From Armatimonadota bacterium (GTDB lineage Bacteria > Armatimonadota > Zipacnadia > Zipacnadales > UBA5352), in the NCBI GenBank assembly GCA_034722055.1, contig JAYENL010000262.1, positions 1-32,582 of the forward strand: DNA of 32,582 nucleotides, read 5' to 3'. Under the pieces are notes generated by a model. The model was given only the letters and a program-made list of their open reading frames with translations, had not been told where the DNA came from and did not search any database. The position numbers and the translations under genes are program-made. This document shows, in pieces, positions 1 to 8,518 of the stretch (its first letter is position 1; each line of letters opens with the position of its first letter).

Positions 1-1446
1 CTCCTCCAGCGTGTTGGTGAGGTAGACGCCGAGGCGCTGATCGTCCTGGAAGTCGTACGCCCACCGCTCGCGCTGGGCCTCGGTCATGTCCTGGGCGGCA
101 AGCTGCATCCCCAGCTTGAGGTGCGCTACCGCGTACGGCGCCATCAGCAGCTCGAAGCCGAAGAGCCGCGGCAGGAGCTGCTCGGCCACGAAGCCCGGCC
201 ACATGCCGGCGTTGTTGGAGCGCACGAACTGCTGGCGGATGTGCTCGATGACGTGATACAGGAAGGTCCCGGTGCCGCAGGCGGGGTCGAGGATCAGGAC
301 CTTCGGCGAGCTGCGCTCCTCGCGCGTGCCGTCGGGCCGCTCGACCTCGTAGGTGACGGTGGACTGATCGGCGAGGCCGCCGGGGAGGTCGAAGTGCTCC
401 TTGAGTATCCAGTCCACGGAGCGGACGATGTAGGAGACCACCGGCTCGGGGGTGTAGTAGACCCCGCGCATCTCCCGCATCTGGGGGTCATAGGCGGCCA
501 GGAAGGTCTCGTAGAAGTGGACGATGGGGTCCTCCTGGCGCGTGGAGGCGCCGAAGTCCTCCAGGATGGCGCCGATGTCGGCGTGCGCCAGCAGGCGCGT
601 GAGGTCATCGACGAAGCCCACGAAGGGCTCCTCATCCAGCGCCACACCGGTGATGGCGTCGAAGAGCTGCCGGAGGAAGGGGTTGGTCTTGGGTATCTCG
701 CGCGCCGCGCCGATGCGCTGGAAGGGCTCGGGGCCGCGATGGTTGACCCTGGCGGCGAAGAGGCCGTAGGCGAGCGTCTGCGCGAACATGTCGGCGAACT
801 CGCCCTCGTCGAGGTCGGGCAGCAGCGTCTCGGTGAAGGCCTCGTAGAGGCCCTGGGTGGTGTCCGAGATCTCGTCGCGCTCAAAGGCACTGACGATGAT
901 ATCGCGGATCATGCGCGTGATCTTCGCCATGCGTTGCGCCAGCTCGCGCGGTGAGGTGATCGGCTCGGGCGTGCGGGAGACGAACGCCTCCAGCAGCTCG
1001 CGCACCTGCTGTTCGGCGGCGGTGTCGGCGACGATCCTGTCGCCGGAGACGTGCGCGAGGGTGGCGCGGGCGCGCTCGTCGCCCTCGACGTACCAGCGGA
1101 ACTGCAGGTAGTCGGTGAGGACGAGGTTATCGAGGTTGTCGCGGTAGCGTTCGAGCTGGTCAGACTCCTCCACCGCGTCGAGCGACACGCCGATGTCCTT
1201 GCACTCCAGATAGCCAATGGTGAGCGCTTCGGCGCCGGTGCCGTCACGGACGTTCATGTCCGGCGCGCCGCAGTCGCGGCGGTGCTTGGGCTCGTTCTGC
1301 GCCACGACGCCGGAGCGCACGGCCTCCAGGAGCTGCTTGAGGGCGCCGCGGTACGAGTGCTCCGTGGGCTCGCCACGGAACTCGCGGCGGATCGCGCGCA
1401 GGTAGTCAGTGATGGCGGGCAACTCAAGCGCCCCCTCTGCTGGCAT
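1..1446 (-). CDS. Fused restriction endonuclease/N6-adenine DNA methyltransferase (Type IIG / helicase-less Type ISP-like), 5' 482 codons; the gene continues beyond the left edge
   Basis: Translated by hand from ATG 1446; the start and the last codons at position 1 are in the same frame. N-terminus MPAEGALELPAITDYLRAIRREFRGEPTEHSYRGALKQLL. Nuclease PD-(D/E)xK motif GAPD...IGYLECKD. Then QLERYRDNLDNLVLTDYLQFRWY, FADMFAQTLAYGLFAAR, HFYETFLAAYDP, motif X GVYYTPEPVV, SAM-binding motif I ILDPACGTGTFL, and GFELLMAPYAVAHLKL. Motif IV (NPPY) is expected outside the window. The start could be a slightly downstream TTG. Confidence 0.9.
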   Translation of the reverse strand, partial: MPAEGALELPAITDYLRAIRREFRGEPTEHSYRGALKQLLEAVRSGVVAQNEPKHRRDCGAPDMNVRDGTGAEALTIGYLECKDIGVSLDAVEESDQLERYRDNLDNLVLTDYLQFRWYVEGDERARATLAHVSGDRIVADTAAEQQVRELLEAFVSRTPEPITSPRELAQRMAKITRMIRDIIVSAFERDEISDTTQGLYEAFTETLLPDLDEGEFADMFAQTLAYGLFAARVNHRGPEPFQRIGAAREIPKTNPFLRQLFDAITGVALDEEPFVGFVDDLTRLLAHADIGAILEDFGASTRQEDPIVHFYETFLAAYDPQMREMRGVYYTPEPVVSYIVRSVDWILKEHFDLPGGLADQSTVTYEVERPDGTREERSSPKVLILDPACGTGTFLYHVIEHIRQQFVRSNNAGMWPGFVAEQLLPRLFGFELLMAPYAVAHLKLGMQLAAQDMTEAQRERWAYDFQDDQRLGVYLTNTLEE

Positions 1447-1560
1447 GGTCCCGTCAAGTACAGATGTTCGGGGTTGGCGGCCCGAATACCTTCCCTGCGC
1501 TCCCCGGCCGTGCCAGCACGGGGACGTCCGCTGGGAAGCTCACTGTCTCTCGCGTCGCCG

Positions 1561-2637
1561 TCAACTCCAGGACGGCCGGTAGCTCAGCGCCTCATCGTAC
1601 ATCGCCAGGACATTCTCGATGGGCGTGTCGGGCTGGATGCAGTGGGCCGGCGCCAGAATGTAGCCGCCGCCGGCGCCCATGATCTCGATGCGCTCCCGGA
1701 CCTCCGCCCGCACGTCCTCAGGCGTGCCGTGCGGCAGCGTCTGCTGGGTGCTGACCAGCCCGCAGAAGGTCAGCCGGTCGCCGTGAAGGCGCTTGATCGC
1801 GGCGGGGTCCACGCCCGGCGGCTCCGGCTGCATGGCGTCGAGGATGTCCAGCCCCATCTCGACGAAGGTGGGCATGATCTCGTGGGTGTCACCGCAGGAG
1901 TGCAGCATCGCCAGCGCGCCGTGCTCGTGCGCCAGGTCGATGAACGGCTGGATGCGCGGCACGAAAAACTCGTCGAAGACCGCCGGCGGGAAGAGCCGGC
2001 CGCGCTGGTCGCCGCAGTCCTCGCCGATCTGCAGAATGTCGATGGCCCCGCCGGCGGCCTGGAGTCCCCGCCGGCAGTACTCGTAGTAGTGCTCGACGCG
2101 GCGGTCGATGATCGCCACACCCACGGGGTCGCGGGTCATGATGTCGATCAGTACCCGCTCCATCCCCCGCCCGCGGGAGACGCCGTTGACGATGTCCGGG
2201 ATGCCGGCGCTCCCGAAGACCACCGCGTAGTCGCTCACGCGCTCCGCCGCGCCGGGGAGCCCCGAGAAGTCGTAGTTCTCCGCACTCGGCCAGGGGTAGG
2301 CCTCCACCTCGGCGAGGCTGTCCATCCCCGCGAAGGGAAGCTCGGTGGCCTCTGAGTAGGCGCCTCCCCGGTAGTGCGTAACCGTATAGCCGGTGCCCCA
2401 CAGGTCGTAGTGATCCGCCTCGCCGGGCAGCCCCGGCCCCGGGCGGATCTCGCCGCGATAGGGCGCACCCACGCCCCGGAGGTCGATGCCCAGGGCCTCG
2501 TTGATGTCCCGCTCACCGAAGTGCTCCTGCAGCCTGTCGCGGATCTCGGGGGTGAGGTAGACCCTCAGCGGCACCCGGTCGGGCTGCTCATGGCGGCAGG
2601 CGGTCAGGACGCGCTGCTTGGAGGTCATCCCGCCCAT
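1561..2637 (-). CDS. Uroporphyrinogen decarboxylase (URO-D/MtaA-CmuA) family protein of unknown substrate
   Basis: MTSKQRVLTACRHEQPDRVP N-terminus, GEDCGDQRG, LHSCGD, C-terminal GGGYILAPAHCIQPDTPIENV. GGAGGA RBS upstream; starts 3 nt after the stop of the upstream gene. Alternative start 2628. Confidence 0.85.
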   Translation of the reverse strand: MGGMTSKQRVLTACRHEQPDRVPLRVYLTPEIRDRLQEHFGERDINEALGIDLRGVGAPYRGEIRPGPGLPGEADHYDLWGTGYTVTHYRGGAYSEATELPFAGMDSLAEVEAYPWPSAENYDFSGLPGAAERVSDYAVVFGSAGIPDIVNGVSRGRGMERVLIDIMTRDPVGVAIIDRRVEHYYEYCRRGLQAAGGAIDILQIGEDCGDQRGRLFPPAVFDEFFVPRIQPFIDLAHEHGALAMLHSCGDTHEIMPTFVEMGLDILDAMQPEPPGVDPAAIKRLHGDRLTFCGLVSTQQTLPHGTPEDVRAEVRERIEIMGAGGGYILAPAHCIQPDTPIENVLAMYDEALSYRPSWS

Positions 2638-2640
2638 CGG

Positions 2641-3303
2641 TCAGTCCTCCGCGCGGCGGTAGAGATAGGCGTTGCCGCGGTTGCCGATGTGCTCGATGGC
2701 GCCGGCCTCCCGCAGGGCGTAGGCCATGCGGCCGGCCAACCGCCTGCGTATCTCGCCGATCTCGGCAAGCTCGGCCACGGTGAACTCCTCAGGCAGCCCC
2801 TCCGGCAGCAGCGCCAGCAGATCGCGCGCCCGGTCGAAGCGATGCACCTCCAGGATCGCCATCAGCTCCCGGCCGACGATGGAGACGCCGCCGCGCCGCC
2901 AGCTCCCCGCACCGTCATCGCAGCGCAGCTCGCGCTCGACCGTCACCACCAGCTCCACGCTCAGATTCCCCCGCGCGAGCAGCCCTGGAGCGTGCACCAG
3001 CTCCTCAAACACCTCCACCAAGCGCCACCGCTTTGGCGAGCGCCGGCAGGACAGCTCCTCGCCGGTCTCGGGGTCGAGCTTCACGATGTACTTGAAGCGC
3101 GGCAGCGGATGCACCAGCACCACCGGACGCTGGCGGGCGAGGGCGTGGAGCTTATCGCGGATGGCGGCGAAGGAGGCGGTCTGGATCTCGTAGATGACGC
3201 CATCGCGGATCGCGTCGGCGCGGTAGTCGCCGATCTCCACCTCGGTCTCCCCGCTCTCGCCCGCGTAGAAGCGCTGCAGGACCTCGTGCAGGTCGGTGAG
3301 CAT
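2641..3303 (-). CDS. Hypothetical protein, probable restriction-endonuclease-like (PD-(D/E)xK-type) N-terminal domain with a possible C-terminal winged helix
   Basis: 220 aa with GC3-biased codons. Motif E-V-E-I-G-D-Y-R-A-D-A-I...I-Y-E-I-Q-T resembles E...D...ExQ nuclease cores. C-terminal EFTVAELAEIGEIRRRLAGRMAYALREAGAIEHIG...AYLY looks like HTH plus wing. Confidence 0.65.
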   Translation of the reverse strand: MLTDLHEVLQRFYAGESGETEVEIGDYRADAIRDGVIYEIQTASFAAIRDKLHALARQRPVVLVHPLPRFKYIVKLDPETGEELSCRRSPKRWRLVEVFEELVHAPGLLARGNLSVELVVTVERELRCDDGAGSWRRGGVSIVGRELMAILEVHRFDRARDLLALLPEGLPEEFTVAELAEIGEIRRRLAGRMAYALREAGAIEHIGNRGNAYLYRRAED

Positions 3304-3385
3304 CTTGACGCCTCACCCGGGAAGCTCTTCCGTTACGGCAACGGCGGCCTCTCCCCCTGTCCGGTCAACGCGAACGACAACGACC

Positions 3386-3411
3386 GGGCGGGAACAGAGG
3401 CCCGCCCCTCC
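3386..3411 (-). repeat. REP-like palindrome (GGAG head plus 22-nt hairpin)
   Basis: Minus strand reads GGAG-GGGCGGG-CCTCTGTT-CCCGCCC. Its 5' flank cgttggtcgttccgttt matches the flanks of the copies at 27547 and 30140. Confidence 0.75.
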
Positions 3412-3615
3412 AAACGGAACGACCAACGGCGCGCAGGCGCCGCCCTGAGGAGGGCTGTGAAGCCCAACGAAGTCGGCCCCCTCGGCGCTGGCACGCGGAG
3501 CATCTTCGACTTGACCCAGCCGGAATCCTCGATGCGGCGGATATGCAGGGGACCGGCGGCCGGCGGTCGAAACCTCGATGGGGAGGTCACGGACTGCTCT
3601 CTGGAGGTGGGCTGG

Positions 3616-4131
3616 ATGCGCGTGCTCGTCGTCTACTACTCCCGCTCCGGTGTCACGAGGAAGTGCTGCGAGGCCGTCGCCGACGCGCTTCGGGCGGCGT
3701 CGGATGACGTGGAGGTGGTCGTCGAGGAGCTGATGGACAGGGCGAGACGCGGGGGGATGATGGGCTGGCTGGGGGGAGGCCGGGACGCCGCTCTGAGGCG
3801 CCCCACTGAGATCGAGCCCGTGGAGGCAGACGTGGGCTCCTTCGACCTGGTGGTGATCGGCACCCCGGTGTGGGCCTCTACGTGCACGCCGGCGGTGCGG
3901 ACCTTCTGCCAGCAGCTCGCCGCTGATCTCGACCGCGTGGCCTTCGTGGCCACCATGGGCGGACGCGGCGACACGGGCGCCTACGAGGAGATGTCGAAGC
4001 TGACCGGCTGTGACCCCGTGGCGACTCTGACGCTGATCGACAGGCGCGTGAGGGCCGACGATGCCGAGGACTATCTGCAGCCGGTGGAGGCGTTTGCGGC
4101 CGACCTTACCGAGAAGGTCGGAGGCAAGTGA
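3616..4131 (+). CDS. Flavodoxin-like protein (171 aa)
   Basis: The true start is ATG 3616 after GGAGGTGG; the 585-aa track ORF is over-extended. FMN phosphate loop VVYYSRSGVTRK, FDLVVIGTPVW, VAFVATMGG. Confidence 0.88.
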   Translation: MRVLVVYYSRSGVTRKCCEAVADALRAASDDVEVVVEELMDRARRGGMMGWLGGGRDAALRRPTEIEPVEADVGSFDLVVIGTPVWASTCTPAVRTFCQQLAADLDRVAFVATMGGRGDTGAYEEMSKLTGCDPVATLTLIDRRVRADDAEDYLQPVEAFAADLTEKVGGK

Positions 4132-4137
4132 CGAGGA

Positions 4138-4602
4138 TTACGTCTGCTCGTTAACGATCTCCGATAGCGAATGGACCCACGGCAGCTCGTCGGCGACCGT
4201 GCGCACGAGGCTATCGTCTGCGGTCCAGAATTCGCAGTTGTGGTGTTCGGCTACGAGCAGGTACGCTGCATCGTAGGGCGTGACGAGGCCGTCGAAGCGG
4301 ACGACGAAGCCGCCCCAGAGTTCATTCGGCCTAAGCTCGTGGACCGGCATCGTTGCCACTGGTAGGGCGGCAAGCCGGTCTGTTGCCGCGCTCGCTTCCT
4401 CCCAAGTGATGAGCCCACAGAGAGCCGCTCTCCGTACCCCGTTCAGAACCTCGAGCGCCAGGTTGCCGGGCGTCCAGACGGTGGCGTCCGCCTCGCCCCA
4501 TTGGCGCCAGAGGGTCACCGCGAGGGAGCTGTCGTCCTCGGGAACGAGCAGCTTGACGATGATGGAGGCGTCGGCGCAGACCTGTGTGGAATCCTCGCTC
4601 AC
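4138..4602 (-). CDS. vapC: PIN-domain toxin, VapC family (154 aa)
   Basis: GTG 4602 overlaps the upstream stop (GTGA), with an AGAGGA RBS. The four PIN acidic residues are present: CADAS, ALEV, PYDAAY, WTADD. Confidence 0.9.
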   Translation of the reverse strand: MSEDSTQVCADASIIVKLLVPEDDSSLAVTLWRQWGEADATVWTPGNLALEVLNGVRRAALCGLITWEEASAATDRLAALPVATMPVHELRPNELWGGFVVRFDGLVTPYDAAYLLVAEHHNCEFWTADDSLVRTVADELPWVHSLSEIVNEQT

Positions 4603-4808
4603 CGTCGATCCTCTTTGACGGCGCGAGTCATCCATCCCGCGGGTAGCGGCTTGCCCCGGCGCGCAAGAATGCGCTGGCGCAACTCGTCGCACTTCGTTAG
4701 CGCTTCCCGCATCCTTGCTCCCCGCTCCTCAGGTTTCCAGTCCTCGGGCGAGTCCCTGCCGGACTCGCCATCCGCGACCGTGCTCCATCTCGTTGCCACG
4801 TCAGCCAC
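4599..4808 (-). CDS. Putative antitoxin of the VapC toxin (69 aa)
   Basis: Small ORF with a strong RBS (GGAGAGGAGA) directly upstream of vapC and overlapping it by 4 nt. Helical, charged C-terminus (ALTKCDELRQRILARRGKPLP...VKEDRR). The call rests on synteny. Confidence 0.7.
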   Translation of the reverse strand: MADVATRWSTVADGESGRDSPEDWKPEERGARMREALTKCDELRQRILARRGKPLPAGWMTRAVKEDRR

Positions 4809-4838
4809 GTCTCCTCTCCGATGTCTTCACGCAGGTTC

Positions 4839-4868
4839 AGTATACCCGCGCCATCCGCAGTCAGTCCA
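4839..4868 (-). promoter_or_regulatory. Putative sigma70-type promoter of the toxin-antitoxin operon
   Basis: Minus strand TGGACT (4868-4863), 18-nt spacer, TATACT (4844-4839), 30 nt upstream of the antitoxin start. Confidence 0.5.
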
Positions 4869-4879
4869 GCGTCCCGCGG

Positions 4880-7800
4880 CTATTCCCGCCGCCTGAACGC
4901 GTTGCGCCACACCACGATCGTGTCGCCCGGGCCGTGGTCGTAGATGCAGAACACCACCCGGCCGTCGCCGTCGGCGTCGGGGAAGTCCGACGGGTCCAGG
5001 GGCCGGTCGGCGAAGACGCTGCTGTCCTCGATGTGATCCACGCGATAGCGGGCCTGCAGGTCCTCGCCGGTGATGACCGCCCCGTCGTAGTAGCCGGGCT
5101 TGAAGCCCCGCGCGGCCTCGATCGACGGCGGGATCTCGGACACCAGGTGGCTGCCATCGTCCGCGAAGCTCTCGACCTTTGAGCGGAAGATGATGGAGCT
5201 GAGGTCCAGGCGGACCACGTTCCCCGGCTCCAGGACCTCCTCGATGTGATAGGCCGTGCGGTGGGGGCCGCCCTGCAGGTAGATCACCCGCCCGGCGAGG
5301 GCGTCGCCGGTGGGCAGCTCCCGGTCGATGGTGATGACGTTCTCCGCCAGGTCCACCTCAGTGATCGTAGCCTCAAAGCGCGGCTGATCGATGGTGAGAC
5401 CGGTCTCACCCTTGCGCAGGTAGCGGCCGCCCACCAGGTGCGCGCAGCGCGGCCGCCCGTTGAGCTCCGACCAGTAGCCGAAGCTGCCGGAGAACTCGAG
5501 CTCGCCCACGCGCAGCTCGGCGCCGGGGTCGAGGGAGTAGATGAAGCTGTCCACCTGCCCGCCGGCCAGCGTCACGCGCACCGCCACCGTATCGAACTCG
5601 CCCTCCTCGGCCTCGCCCTCCACCGGCAGGCGCTGGATGCGCTGGATGAAGGGCCCGTCCCCGGCGCGGTAGGGCTGCCAGATGGAGACGAACTCGCTGG
5701 CGCCATCCTCAGCCTCCTCCTCAGCGAAGAGGTAGCGGATGGGCGGGATGTCCGGCTTCGCGCAGCGGGCGGTGATGTAGCGACGCCCGGCCTCGCCCAG
5801 CACGTCCACGCGCAGGCGCACCTCCTCATCGGCGTACTTCCAGTCCGCGGCCACCTTGCCGTCATCGCGCGCCATCTGCGGCTCAACGATGTTGTTCGCC
5901 AGGCCGCGGCCGATGCGCTCCACCCTCAGCGCCTCCTCGCCGGCGGGGCCGAAGTGCAGGCTGCTGTCGAACTCGTCGAAGGCCGGGCCGTGGAAGCACC
6001 AGGTCCGCACACTGCCGCCGGCCATGCGCAGCACGTCGAAGACGTAGACGTTCCCGCCGGGCGCGTCAGCCAGACAGATAGCGCGGCGGTAGAAGCGATT
6101 CGGGAAGCCGTCCGGCTCGGCGGAGACGTCGGCGAAAGACGCCTCCGGCGCGTCGGCGAAAGCCTCCAGCGTCCCGTGCGAGATGGCCCCGTGGTACTGC
6201 GGCTTGCGGTCGATCATCCCGGTGATGTGGTGCGCCACGAAGCTGGTGTTGCCCATGGGGTGCGCCCAGCACGGGTAGCCCAGCTCCGGCACCAGGTCAA
6301 GCCCGCGCGCGAACAGCTCCACGTTGAGATTGTCGTGATGGTGGTGGCCGCGGCCGTAGCCGTAGCGCAGGGCCAGCCCGGCGCGGTCCTCCACCTCCTC
6401 GGCCTCGGGGCGGGACTCCAGGAAGACGAAGCCCACACCGTCCATGACGCGGCTGCGCAGCGGCTCGGCCGGGCCGACCCGCTGTGCGTGCTCGACGACC
6501 TCGTCCCAGACGTTGGGCTCGAACAGTTCGATGTGCGGCTCGCCGGCGCGATAGAGCGCTCGCGCGATGCCGTCGGTACGCCACCGACGGTAGGCCCGCA
6601 TGTAGGCGGTTTTCAGCCGCGCCGGAATGCCGTCCGGGAAGCGCGCGCCCCAGGGATTGCCGCTATCGCCGTAGCTGGGCCCGAACAGCCCCGCCACGGT
6701 CATCTGCGGCCAGGCGTCGAACTCCGCCCGCAGCTTGGGGTAGCGATCCTCGTCGTAGAGGTCGCACCGCGACGCCCAGCGCTCCGAGGGCACTCGCGCC
6801 AGGATCTCCGCCATGTCGGACTTGCTGGGCAGGTAGCCGAAGGCGTAGCCCAGCGCGGCAATGATGACCGGCCCCTCGCGAGTCATGGTGTTGATGAGGG
6901 TCTCGTCATCGAAGCCACCCTTGTTCAGCCCCGAGGAGTAGGCGTGGGTGAACAGCTCCTCGATCCACCGGTCGGTGACCGGGCCCATGTTCGCACATAC
7001 CGCCATGTAGGCCAGGTCGCGCTCGCGGGCGCCCATGTTCCCGCCCGACAGCTCCCGGCGCAGCCAGTCGAAGCCGAACACCTGCACCAGGTAGGTGTCG
7101 ATGAGCGCGCGGACATCATCGGGGTCCTCGATCGTGGCATCCTTGCTGTGCAGGAACTCCGCCAGGGCCTGGTCGCGGCCCAGGAACTCCCAGACGGCGT
7201 CGTAGGCCTTGCACGCCGGCACCAGTATCTGGGTCCGCTCCCAGTTGCCGTCCACCAGCAGGCGCCCCGGGCGGAGGTAGCCGGGCTTCACCTGCTGCCA
7301 GCGCATGTTCAGGCCCGGGTAGACGTAGGCCATGCGCGCCAGCAGAACGCCGGCCGTGTGCGCCGCCTCCTCATCGCCGAAGAGCAGGTAGCGCAGGGAG
7401 AGCCGCCGCAGCTCGCCGCCGAGGTGCTGCCAGAGGACGTGGTGGTTGTAGTAGGCGATCCAGCCGGCGTAGTCCTCGCGCTCCTGGCCGGTGAGCGGGA
7501 AGCCCCAGCCGTCGTCGGGATACTCGCCGGAGGTGAAGTCATCGTTGGCCCAGTCATTGGTGGGCAGCTCCCGGCCGCAGTCGGGGCAGGTGAGCTTCCA
7601 GGGATTGCCCCGGTCGGCGCGCCACGGGTAGAAGCCGGAATGCTTGAAGATGGCCTCCCCGCAGTCGGGGCAGGGCCAGTTGCTGTAGCACTGGCGGGGG
7701 ACGCTCCAGGAGGGCAGCGCGGCGAAGACCTGTTCATCGGACATGGAGTCGTAGCGCGTGGAGCGCTGGACGCCCTCCGCCAGCTCCGGGGTGGCCTCCA

Positions 7801-8257
7801 GGTTCTCGCGCGCGATCTCCAGCATCTCGTCGGTGTAGTACGACCGCCCGCGCTTGCGCTCGTCGGGCTGGATGCCGGGGACCTGCTGGATCCAGTGCTC
7901 GATGTCCTCTCGATAGGTACGCACCGTCAGGGGCACGTGCATGGCCTCGGCGCCGGCCGGGTGCAGGACGATCTCCGCGTCGCGGATGCCCCGCTCGGAG
8001 CGGAAGTAGAAGCGCGACCACCCGTTCCCCTGGCCCGGCCTGGTGCGGTCCAGCAGCGTCACGCCCTCCGGCGCGGAGACCTCCACCTCGGTGGCCGGGT
8101 CGAGCTTTACCTCCACCCAGAACATCTGCTCCATCACCGGCACCGGCGCCGGGCCGATGGAGGGCTCCTCAGACCGCTCGTAGGGATTCGGCAGGTCGTT
8201 CGCCAGTGCCACGCTCACGGTTATCAGTGCCACGATGGGCGGGATCCAGCGGATCAT
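4880..8257 (-). CDS. Secreted heparinase II/III-family protein (putative polysaccharide lyase), 1125 aa
   Basis: Signal peptide MIRWIPPIVALITVSVALA. GHHHHDNLNVELFARGLDLVPELGYP matches the heparinase II/III H-x-H-x-D region, followed by AHHITGMID and RFYRRAI. Two CPDCG motifs. GGGAG RBS. Confidence 0.8.
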   Translation of the reverse strand: MIRWIPPIVALITVSVALANDLPNPYERSEEPSIGPAPVPVMEQMFWVEVKLDPATEVEVSAPEGVTLLDRTRPGQGNGWSRFYFRSERGIRDAEIVLHPAGAEAMHVPLTVRTYREDIEHWIQQVPGIQPDERKRGRSYYTDEMLEIARENLEATPELAEGVQRSTRYDSMSDEQVFAALPSWSVPRQCYSNWPCPDCGEAIFKHSGFYPWRADRGNPWKLTCPDCGRELPTNDWANDDFTSGEYPDDGWGFPLTGQEREDYAGWIAYYNHHVLWQHLGGELRRLSLRYLLFGDEEAAHTAGVLLARMAYVYPGLNMRWQQVKPGYLRPGRLLVDGNWERTQILVPACKAYDAVWEFLGRDQALAEFLHSKDATIEDPDDVRALIDTYLVQVFGFDWLRRELSGGNMGARERDLAYMAVCANMGPVTDRWIEELFTHAYSSGLNKGGFDDETLINTMTREGPVIIAALGYAFGYLPSKSDMAEILARVPSERWASRCDLYDEDRYPKLRAEFDAWPQMTVAGLFGPSYGDSGNPWGARFPDGIPARLKTAYMRAYRRWRTDGIARALYRAGEPHIELFEPNVWDEVVEHAQRVGPAEPLRSRVMDGVGFVFLESRPEAEEVEDRAGLALRYGYGRGHHHHDNLNVELFARGLDLVPELGYPCWAHPMGNTSFVAHHITGMIDRKPQYHGAISHGTLEAFADAPEASFADVSAEPDGFPNRFYRRAICLADAPGGNVYVFDVLRMAGGSVRTWCFHGPAFDEFDSSLHFGPAGEEALRVERIGRGLANNIVEPQMARDDGKVAADWKYADEEVRLRVDVLGEAGRRYITARCAKPDIPPIRYLFAEEEAEDGASEFVSIWQPYRAGDGPFIQRIQRLPVEGEAEEGEFDTVAVRVTLAGGQVDSFIYSLDPGAELRVGELEFSGSFGYWSELNGRPRCAHLVGGRYLRKGETGLTIDQPRFEATITEVDLAENVITIDRELPTGDALAGRVIYLQGGPHRTAYHIEEVLEPGNVVRLDLSSIIFRSKVESFADDGSHLVSEIPPSIEAARGFKPGYYDGAVITGEDLQARYRVDHIEDSSVFADRPLDPSDFPDADGDGRVVFCIYDHGPGDTIVVWRNAFRRRE

Positions 8258-8346
8258 TAATGACAGCTCCCTTCAGAAAACGGTCTGCCGGCGAGGGCCC
8301 CTGCAGTACTTGGCAGGTGGGCCGACAGAACGCACAGCGTGTCCTG

Positions 8347-8518
8347 CTCGCGGACAGAGCCCCTCCCGTCAGGTCACACCCAGGACAACACGCCTCTTGC
8401 CACGGTGGAGGGGCCGCCGCGAGCGTAGCGAGCGGTGAGCGGTGCGTTCGCCAACGCACCGCTCAGGTTCCACCCCGGCCCAGCCCACTCGCGGACAGGG
8501 CCCCTCCCGTCAGGTCAC
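8347..8518. repeat. 31-bp direct repeat (8347-8377 and 8488-8518) bracketing a long REP-like element (8407-8481)
   Basis: ctcgcggacag(a/g)gcccctcccgtcaggtcac occurs twice with one mismatch. Between the copies lies GGAG-GGGCCG...CGGCCC enclosing a perfect 13-bp stem (tgagcggtgcgtt-cgcc-aacgcaccgctca, 8436-8465). Confidence 0.8.

Noticed and set aside
121..2355. Plus-strand ORFs 121-954 and 1051-2355
   Set aside because: They are shadows of the minus-strand R-M and URO-D genes.
1561..2637. Naming the URO-D-family genes hemE or mtaA
   Set aside because: The HemE N-terminal MRQAGR motif is absent and there is no corrinoid partner, so only family-level assignment is supportable.
3489..3540. Sigma54 site (TGGCAC at about 3489) or a TTGACC -35 box at 3511
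   Set aside because: No correctly spaced TTGC -12 element or -10 hexamer.
2374..3615. N-terminal 414 aa of the 585-aa ORF as a flavodoxin fusion
   Set aside because: It overlaps two real opposite-strand genes, and a strong RBS with ATG at 3616 marks the true start. The extensions of track ORFs 22476-24134, 26004-27347, 14728-17835 and 30084-31292 are rejected for similar reasons.
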